64,000 nt of DNA from Paraspadella gotoi (lineage: Eukaryota > Animalia > Chaetognatha). Positions within the stretch are counted from its first letter, which is position 1. Every line of letters begins with the position of its first letter. The notes under the pieces were generated by a model. That model did not search any database, was not told the DNA's origin, and saw nothing but the letters and a program-made list of their open reading frames with translations. Below, in pieces: positions 32,315-40,796 of this stretch. Location of the stretch: the NCBI GenBank assembly GCA_051294375.1, contig CM119266.1, forward strand, positions 8,580,606 to 8,644,605, in the 5' to 3' direction. The position numbers were made by a program, and so were the translations under genes.

Positions 32315-34116
32315 TCACTTTTTTTTATTTCCCTCCTTGAATACAATCACGTAACGCTGCGGGACGTTCAAAGGCGGGCTGTAGCCCTCCGCGTAGGAAG
32401 TGTCTTCGAAGAGTACCGAGTATTCCTCTTGGGGCTTTTTGGGAGGTTCGTGGACGATCGCCTTGTAGAAGCAGGTCGTTTGCGGATACAGGGCCATCAC
32501 CATCGTACCCTTTTAATGGATATTAAGAAAAAATTAAGTCAAGATTTATTAATCATAAAAAGGTAGCATTGCAATCGCATTTTCAACTTAAAAAACAAAA
32601 CGGGTAAGTTCCCCTCCCCCACCATCAAGCCCCCTCTCACCTTTTGAAAGAGAGCGTCGGGGTCGGTCTCAGGGTTGGCCTTCATCAGCGGGAGAGGGAT
32701 GACGCGACGCCGACTCAATACGTGACGCTCTTTTCCTTCTTCGGCGTCGATGTCGTCCACTTCGTACTTGTTGGTCGCCGTCACCCAAGACGCCACCTTT
32801 ACGGTTGAGGGGCGGGAAAAAGCGTTCATTATTGTTGATATTGGTAGTGAACTTAAAAGACCTTAAAATAAATAAATACTAAAATACCTCGGCGAGAATC
32901 CAATTCTCTTCGCCGTCTGAGGATTTGACTCTCGCTGCGACCTGAAATGGAAATAAAACAAAGTTTAAAATAAATTAGACATACAATTAAAGTTAAATTT
33001 CGGCTCTGTAAAATCAGCCAATCAATTCTCATAAATAAAATAAATAAATAAAATAAATAAATTTAAAAAAAAATAAATCTTTCTCTCTCACTCACTCACC
33101 TTATCCTGCGGCTTGGCGATGTAGTCGGAGCCGGCAGGGGCGGCGCCGCATAGAGGCGGCGGCGCCTCGCCGGGTTTCCCGATCCAAAGAGGAAGAGTTA
33201 CGGCGCTCTGTTGGAGCATGAGCATCAATGCGCCGCGCCGCAAAACCTGAATGTTTAGTTAAATTTAAATATAAATATATATGCACCAAATATAAAGTAA
33301 CATTATCTCCCTGATAATATTTAAACAACTGAGCGTCTTCCAAATTATTACACAAACAACTATCCGAGTGCAACTCTTTTTAACATTGACTCATAGAGCC
33401 ACCCTCTTCAATCTTCAGTCTTCATCCCCGCCTCTCTTGCACCATCCCCAAGATCCACCCTTCCACCCACCGGCTTGGGTCTATCGGCGGAGAATCTTTG
33501 ATTCTTCAAGTCTTTGATTTCGTGGATTTTCTTGAGCGCTTTTCGCAACACTTCGCTCTCGGCTGCAGCGTCGCCGGCCGCCAGACCGTACAGCTGCTTT
33601 AGCTTGTTCTTGTAGTAGGGAGTGATCTTTTGCTCGTGCTGCGATATCGGTATTCATTCGGTAAGTTAAGGCGTTAATAATAAAGACACGACTGAAAAGC
33701 TGATAAACAATTTGAAATAGTTTTCGCGTTTTGGATAACCTGCATTTTTTCGTGCGTCTTCGAAATTTGAGTCAAATTGTGTTCGGATTTGTTTCTTTCG
33801 TCCTGAACTCTGTGCACCAAATGATACAGTTCCTTGAGACTTTTTTTTAGCTGGCCTGAAAATAATGTTAATTAAACGTGCTAATTTTAACAATACCAAA
33901 AAATTTAGTATTTATCAAAACGGTTTTCCCCTCTTCATCCCTCCCCACCGCCCACTCACCCTGAGCCTCGTCCTTGCTCCCGACGGCGGCCGCGGTCACC
34001 CCGGCGGAGATGTGCGGCGAAAGAGTGGCTACCCCGCGTTGGCCGACACCGTTGCCGCCGTTCCAGGCCGATGAGCCCGGCCCGCTCTTGGTTCGTCGAC
34101 TTTTGGAGTCGCTCAT
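32315..34116 (-). CDS. SGF29: SAGA-associated factor 29 (tandem Tudor)
   Basis: Seven exons: ..QDERNKSEHNLTQISKTHEKMQ..LRRGALMLMLQQSAVTLPLWIGKPG..WILAE..NKYEVDDID..KANPETDPDALF..ALYPQTTCFYKA..FEDTSYAEGYSPPLNVPQRYV. Confidence 0.97.
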
Positions 34117-34523
34117 TGCCCGACAGGATGGACTGAAGGTTAAAGGGTCGTTCAAGACGTAAAGCTATAATTATTAAATTTAAAGAAGCAAAGGAGTCGT
34201 TCGCGAATCTCGGCGTCGGACGCTCGAAGCAGAAGCGAAAATCGAAAAATGGGGAAACAAAAGACGTTCAGTTTTCGACCCCGTTGTTATTGTTTTAGTT
34301 GTCGTCTTCGCGTCCGAGACGGCCCACCGCCGCGTTTTAAATTTAAGTGATCGGATTCGCCGTCGAACCAGAATCGTTTAGAGTTGCATTCATTTCTCAT
34401 CTAAAAATTAAAATTCAAAGAAAAATAAGAAATTAAACGTAAGAAAGTCATTTGTGGGTAACATAACTAGCGAAAGGCAAAGGGCTTTTTGAAAAATAAA
34501 CATTCGAAAACAAGATAAAAATA

Positions 34524-34768
34524 CCAGTAGGGCCAACAGCCGGGTTGCCTGTGATGCCCATTGGGATGGGGCATCCCACTGTTGGCTTTGGGGGCTTCCG
34601 ACCCTCAGTGACGCCTCCTGTCACTGGCGCGGTTTCCCTAGGACGGTCTCGATTTGCCAACGTAGAGGGAAGTTGTGAGGACTGTGGATGGAACACAACG
34701 CTTGGGATGGTGTATTCCCCCTCTGAGCCAATGATCGTGGATGTGAGGCGGTGTGAATATACAGCCAC
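34524..34768. repeat. GC-rich, hairpin-rich dispersed repeat (solo LTR-like or structured element)
   Basis: GC island in AT-rich intergenic DNA with stems GCCAACAG/CTGTTGGC and CAGTGAC/GTCACTG. Shares a boundary (GCCACA) with the copy at 22368-22473. Confidence 0.65.
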
Positions 34769-34838
34769 ACTATCATATTTCAAGAGATTTAAAGAAATAA
34801 GTGTATGATCTCTCGTTCAGTTCCAAATCATTTTTTTC

Positions 34839-35792
34839 TTAAACTGGATAATAATGACTGATCCAAAAGAGCAGATTCCCAAACGTCGAAGGAAAAGGAT
34901 AATGATTCCGAAAGACGAATTCATCCAAGTAAGACTCGAAGTGATGACGCGAAATCCCGCCCACTTGATGAGAACCCCGAGTAAAGGTTCCCCAAACGCT
35001 TCTGAACGTCTGCGTGTGGGCCTGCCGGTTGGCCTTATCTACGAAGCTGCCTTTGCCTTCGTGGCGGACGCGGAGATGGCGGTAATGACGACCCTCGATG
35101 GAGCCGAGTCCGCAGAAACGCTCCGACGTGTCCGAGCAGACGATCGATCGCGGCGAGACGAATTCGTTGACGATGGGAATGATATCCTCGTCTTTCACCA
35201 AAACGAAGAAACAGTTTCTAGGGTCGCCCCTTTCCACGGCGCCGAAGACCCGTTCCGGTCGCTGGCTTCCTTTGTAGAAGAACGACTCGGCGATTTCGAC
35301 GATTTTGGGATTTCCGTCCGCATCGAGGCCGCCGATTGGATTGCGCGTGTCCTCGCAATATCGGACGCAGACGTGCCGGACGATGTTGTTCCAAAAAGCG
35401 ACCGTTTTGGAATTGAGTCCGAGTTCGTGGTAAATCACTTCCGCCGTTAGTTTCAGACTCCACATGTATAAAAATCGAACGTGTTTCCACAGCGAAACTT
35501 GAGAATTTTCGAAAAAACTATTTTCGCGAACAGATTTGATTTCCTCGCAAGAAGGGCATTTCCAAACGAAGCCATCCAAAGATTCTTCCTCATTCTCCAA
35601 ACGCATTTGTTTTTGGCAAACTTTGCAAACGTACGAATTGGATATTAATCTGTGCTTGGCGCACCATTGCAGATGGATGAAACCGCAGTCTTCAGTGAGA
35701 CCGTCTCTGTTCAAAGAAACTGCAGTCACCACGATTTTGGACAATTCCTCGAGACTCAAAACTCGCGACACGATCTCTTCGTCCAATTCCAT
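34839..35792 (-). CDS. Merlin/IS1595 (ISXO2-like) transposase-derived protein 1, catalytically dead
   Basis: Intact ~317-aa ORF: CxxC..CxxC Zn ribbon, SFFE, PIGG..KIVEIAES (canonical VEIDES), VFGAVER, CSD, HTQTFRSVW (canonical HTQ.IES.W), YLDEFVFR. No TIRs seen. Confidence 0.9.
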   Translation of the reverse strand: MELDEEIVSRVLSLEELSKIVVTAVSLNRDGLTEDCGFIHLQWCAKHRLISNSYVCKVCQKQMRLENEEESLDGFVWKCPSCEEIKSVRENSFFENSQVSLWKHVRFLYMWSLKLTAEVIYHELGLNSKTVAFWNNIVRHVCVRYCEDTRNPIGGLDADGNPKIVEIAESFFYKGSQRPERVFGAVERGDPRNCFFVLVKDEDIIPIVNEFVSPRSIVCSDTSERFCGLGSIEGRHYRHLRVRHEGKGSFVDKANRQAHTQTFRSVWGTFTRGSHQVGGISRHHFESYLDEFVFRNHYPFPSTFGNLLFWISHYYPV

Positions 35793-35844
35793 ATTCGCCA
35801 AAATTATTCTGAAGGAAATTTCTACACGCACTCATAATTTATAT

Positions 35845-37037
35845 TTATATATTTTTTTCAACGGGATAATAATGGCTTATCCAAAATAGTAGATTGCCGA
35901 ATGTGGAAGGAAAGGGATAATGAGTTTTAAAGATAAACTCGTAAATGTATTCCTCTAACAAACGCTTATGAAGTCCAAAACGGGCGAGGGAGGTAGAGAG
36001 AAAGTTTCCCCATAGGCTTTCAAGTGTTCGCGTGTGGACAAAGGGATCTTCTTTGTCTGACCGGCAGGTGTTAATGAGGTGATTATTAAAACATACATGG
36101 TAAACCTCACTAAACATGTACGTAAATACGAACTTAAAAATTATTTAGGAAAAACAGTTTTTAAAAAAATTATTTAAATTTAATTTATGTAAAAAATGTT
36201 TTAAATATTCATCCCATTAACAGGCATTAACACCAATCGGCCACAAGATTTACCTTTTTTTTCAAAGGAGAAATGCTGATAGTCGTGATTTTCGATCGAG
36301 GCGATATCCCCGAAATTTTTCGAGTCTGAGCAAATGATCGATCCAGGAGCCACATTTTCCGCGATGATTTGAGTCATTGATTCGTTTTTGTTTGCGATCA
36401 AAACAAAGAAACAGTTTCGAGTGTCGTCTCTCTCCACACCACCGAGAACCCAATCGGCTTGATTCTTTTTCAAACGTCTTTGTTTGTGAGAAAAGAGCGC
36501 GATTTCAACAATTTTGGGATTTTGACGAGAGTCGAGGCCGCCGATCGGACTGCGAGTATCGAAGTAGTAGAACGTGCAGACGTCTCTGATTAATTTCGTC
36601 CAAGTGACGCCGCATTTCGAACCGATGTTCAATTCGTGAAAGATGACGCTGAGTGGCATGCTCTGACTCCACAAGTAGAGAAACCAAATGAGTTTCCAAA
36701 ATGGTATTTTTGAGCGTTCAAAAAAACTACCGCTTCGAATCGAAAGCGTTTGATCGCATGAACGACAATTCCAACCGTGAACAAGAATATCCTCTTTCCA
36801 TTTGAGGCGCATCGGCCTGAAACATTTCACGCATTTCCTTGTATTGGATATCAATCTCCGCTTTGCGCACCATTGGAAGATGAGGAACTGGCTGTCCTCC
36901 GAGATTCCATCGCGGTCAAGAGAAACCAAAGTAGCGCTTGTTTCGGCGATTTCCTCAGGCATAAGTGGCTTCGGAACGATTTGGTATTCAAACTCCATCG
37001 TCGATCTGCGCCCATCCGATCGACGAATAACTTCCAT
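35845..37037 (-). CDS. Merlin/IS1595 transposase-derived protein 2, two exons
   Basis: Exons 36254-37037 and 35845-36056 joined by a 197-nt GT-AG intron (KK|DKEDPFVHTRTLESLW). VEIA at the first catalytic position; same C-terminal peptide as copy 1. Confidence 0.88.
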
Positions 37038-37854
37038 CACGTTTTTCTGAATCGAACAATTTCAACCCGAGTAAATTCTAAAATGAGAAATATTTGGGAT
37101 TCCTTCGATCATTGAAAAAAATATGTCATTTTGGAAACCCTCGTTATGAAGAAGAGTCGTTGATTAATTTTAATTAATTATATTAACTACTTACAATAAA
37201 AACAATATTTACAATTGAGAAATGGATACGTTATTACAACGTACTAACAATAATAAAAATAGACGAAAAATACTTGAGGCAAAATTGATTGTAGACAAAA
37301 CGAATAATAAAAGGTTAAGACGACGTTATTTTAGAGAGAGAGAAAAAAACCAGATTTTTCAAAATATAAAGGATGGAGAGAGAGAGAGAGTTGACCGACG
37401 ACGACGAGAACAAAGACGTTGAGGTTTCATATTGTTTGGTGAGTTGTATTTTTGCGACGAGGGTAAGTTAATTGACCGAGGTCAATTCAGGTCACCAGAT
37501 CATCTTTAAAGCTGCGGCGATGCTCGAATTCTCCAAGGAGACGTCTGATCAATATTTAAGAGTAAGATAATATTAAAAATGAATTTTCCTGCCCAAAATA
37601 AATATCACTTTACGGACATCACGAAATTCTCGTTAAATCTACTACTTTTTATGGGAGAACAAAAAACAACCGCCAAAAAATTATTTTGTCCGTTGAATCA
37701 AATCAAAGGCAGTCGTCTAAAACAATACAAGTCAACCGAATTTAAAACGAAAGAAGAAACGAAACGATTAGAACAGTCAGGATGAGAAGGCGTTCCGATC
37801 TTCATTAATCGCAATCCCGAGGAAAACGGAATCCAGGAGACCCAAGTCCGGCGG

Positions 37855-37930
37855 AACACGCGCGTGGTCGCGGGCCAATCAGGCCACGGCCACGCCACGG
37901 TCACGTGATAATATCAGAGTCACGTCAAAG
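37855..37930. promoter_or_regulatory. GC-rich promoter-like motif cluster upstream of the Merlin-derived pair
   Basis: CCAAT, three CCACG, GTCACGTGAT (E-box) and TGACGTGA (reverse strand) within ~60 bp. Confidence 0.45.
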
Positions 37931-38025
37931 TCCGCGTCTCGATCGTCTCGGACTTCGTCGTCGGATTTCCGATGTTCCGCCGCCTCCCAAATGTTTACTT
38001 CTCTTCCCCGATTATTAGTTTTAGA

Positions 38026-38640
38026 TCATTTGCTCGATGCTGACTCGCCCACCGATCGCGACGACGACGACGAAAGGTCGTTGTGACAGTTTTGAATTCC
38101 GGCGCCGACCCCGACGCCACCGCCAAAGATCGCCGGCCAGGGCTTGCGTCTGGGGTAAAAGGGGGAACAGGGCAAATGGGTGAATATTTTTGAGTGATTG
38201 AAATATATATATAAACGTGGATTTACCATAGATAAAGACAAAGAAAAACAGAACATAATTTTAACGAACACAAGTAAGAAAGTAAGTCAAACAAACCAGA
38301 GCTTAAGTTTATGAAATTGGTACAACCAATATAAATGTTTTGTTTACGCGCTGTTGAGACGTATCAAAATTCGAACTGACCTGAACAAAAGAAGAGAAAA
38401 GACGAGTCCCAACGCGGCCCCGGTCGTCGTCTTGATCAACGTGTCTTTCGCTGCGTTCGTCAGTTTAATCTCATAGGAAGAAATAATAATGTAAATATAC
38501 TCTATACTATAGACTATAATATAGACTATAGTCTATATTGGCAATCCGAGAAAATTCTTAAATTCTAACAATATCTAGAATATACTCACCCCTAAAACGT
38601 CTTCAGACGGAATTTTTCTTCTATCATCCATTGTTTCCAT
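38026..38640 (-). CDS. MICOS10: MICOS complex subunit Mic10
   Basis: Three exons: SEDVLG / IKLTNAAKDTLIKTTTGAALGLVFSLLLF / RRKPWPAIFGGGVGVGAGIQNC. Gly-rich TM motifs and a basic loop typical of Mic10. Confidence 0.9.
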
Positions 38641-38856
38641 TTCGCGTTTACAGTTTCTACTTTAATAAAAATTAAATGAAAACAATTTAAAACAAACCGA
38701 CAAATTCAATTACGTCTCAAGGAATCACTACAATGCTTTTAATAAACAGAGGAATAGTCCTTTTCAAACTTAACGAAATCCTAAACGAACCAATGTCATT
38801 TAAATGGAGAAAATGTTAACGAAAAAAATTCTGGTCAAGAATTTTTAGGAAATCGC

Positions 38857-39814
38857 CTAAGTTGAATTGGCGACGGTGAAGTCGCCCAATTTCCTGAAGA
38901 CACACTCGACGATTGACTCAACGGCGGCCATCGACGCCAACGCCACCTCTTCCGCTTTTCCTTCCACGCGAGGAGGAACAAGTTCGAATCCGAAACTCTA
39001 ATGACAGAAACGAACAAGAAAATGAGATCTCGAAAAAAGAAAATCAAAGCCTGGATTCACCTCGAGTTTTTCGATCTGCGAAGACGTGAAAGGATTCGCC
39101 CACATGGCAGAGTTCATTGCAGGGGCGAAGATCAAGGGTTTCTACGAAGAGGAATCGTTGATGATACAATGACAATTTCATCATTTGATAATGATATATT
39201 ATGCGATGACACAAGCCAACTCTACCTTGGCCTTGATGTCCCAGGCCCGCACGACCGTCGTCAATAGATTATCGCAAATTCCGCAAGCAATTTTGCCCAG
39301 AGTCTCGCAGTCGATGGGTGCAATGACCATGAGGTCAGACCATCTGAGAAAAAATGAATTCGATCTTTTATTCAGTAATAACAAAATATTAATTCATTAA
39401 TATTTTCAGACTTTTTCAATTCAATATGAACGACTGGATCTCCTCTGCTCTTCCACGCCCACTCATCCTCTTCGGTGAAGACCTGCACATCTTGACTCTT
39501 CACTGCGGGAAAGAAAAAGCATTTATTTATTCTTTATTAATATTTATATAATCTTGATTGTTTGTCAGACGAAACCTTCTTTGAGGTCGAGATATTTGGC
39601 TGCTTTTGTCGTGGGAACCATCTTTATTTCTAAGCAAACTCCAGCTTCTTCCGCTTTTCGACGAAGTTGGCGAACAAGCGACAGAACTTGTACGCAGTCT
39701 TCGCTGCCTGAAGGTTCAGTAAATTCCGTTAATTAGACCAAATTATTTTAAAATTTTCCTTCCATAAAATTTAGACGGACCTGTGGTGCCGATGAGGATT
39801 CTAATCGGATTCAT
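38857..39814 (-). CDS. PPCDC/Hal3-like HFCD flavoprotein lacking the catalytic Cys
   Basis: Six clean exons: MNPIRILIGTTGSEDC..EDEWAWKSRGDPVVHIELKKWSDLMVIAPIDCETLGKIACGICDNLLTTVVRAWD..KPLIFAPAMNSAMW..ELVPPRVEGKAEEVALASMA. Confidence 0.9.
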
Positions 39815-40143
39815 TGCGACAATAGTTTTTTTTAACTGTGAAGAAATTAAATTAAAATGGGTCAATTAAATACTTGGCTGCTTTAATTTGCAACAACTTC
39901 ATAACCAAAAGCTGATCGAAAAAAGGTCCTTCAATGAAAAATCCTTAATTTATTTTTTCATGAGACAAACTTATTTAACAAACTTCGTTTTGTTAAAAAT
40001 GGATTTCTGTGAGAAGAGAAACGATTTTCATCAGTTAATTCTCGAATGCTCAATGCGTTTATTATAAATAAAAGAAAGGAAATCGTACTCCAGCTCACCT
40101 TTGAAACCTGTTCGGCTGTAGTTATAAGTTGGGTCTCGTTACA

Positions 40144-40796
40144 TCAACGTTCATCCTTATCGGGAAAGAGTCTCTCCATCAAAATCCCGGCGATCGCCTC
40201 CACTTTAGCCATGGCCCCTTAACCTCGATCACCGCTCGCCAAAACCGGAGGAATCAACTCTAAGTCCGAATCCTAGAAAACAAGGACGAAACAAATACAG
40301 GAAACGAAGTAAAACATATTCGAAAACAAAGCCACCAACTTTCTTGTTGGAGATCCGTCTCCAATACTCCACTTTGCTTTCATATTGAAATCCCTGTCTA
40401 CTTACTTAAATGTAGTGACAGTTGTGGGATTTGAACCCTAGCCTCCGCAGAGACTGGTATGAGAGACGGACATAAGCCTTGTTTCGGTCTTCTGGTATAA
40501 CCTTATCTTTCCCATCTCCGGCCGACTTTAATCCTCCCCTTGTAATTGTATGTCTTGGTTTAATCCTCACCTTCGTCTGACTCGAAAAAGTGAAGCGCCT
40601 TCGCCGTCGGCAAAACGCGAATGTGCAGTCGGGATTCGCCCTCTTGTAGTCGAACGACATGCAGTGGGATTTTTACCGACGCCACGCTGCCTTGGAAAGA
40701 GAATAGAGAAGTTCTAAACTAACATTCGACATATTGAGATAAAGTTTTGATTGATCCCGAACCTGTGCATCCAAGTAGAACCTTACGATTATCCAT
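40144..40796 (-). pseudogene. PPCDC: PPCDC pseudogene (tandem paralog)
   Basis: Exons MDNRKVLLGCTG / SVASVKIP..LPTAKALHFF and last exon ELIPPVLASGDRG*GAMAKVEAI (in-frame TAA, Cys to Ser). Middle exons (HIEL, APL, PAMN) not found. Confidence 0.82.
40416..40458 (-). pseudogene. 3' half of a tRNA-Leu-like sequence
   Basis: ACCAGTCTCTGCGGAGGCTAGGGTTCAAATCCCACAACTGTCA has a long variable arm, T-loop and acceptor 3' strand like tRNA-Leu. No convincing 5' half. Confidence 0.6.

Noticed and set aside
34530-34640. HDV-like ribozyme (GGCCAAC/GTTGGCT; GCC-TCCTGTCACT-GGC)
   Set aside because: The P1/P2/P3 elements are not in the required nested order, and there is no GG for P1.1 or a J4/2 motif.
34739-34768. 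GGATGTGAGGCG resembles the 7SK 5' end; GCCGGG..GCCTGT resembles the SRP Alu domain
   Set aside because: No 7SK GATC stems or SRP helix-8 motif; the match is at the wrong end and lies within a dispersed repeat.
34854-35450. 198-aa plus-strand ORF opposite Merlin-1
   Set aside because: Antisense shadow of a GC-rich CDS; similar shadows occur opposite Akt, FKBP2 and KLHL.
40219-40221. Stop-codon readthrough or selenocysteine in the PPCDC pseudogene
   Set aside because: The codon is TAA, it is not at the Cys position, and the copy also lacks its middle exons.
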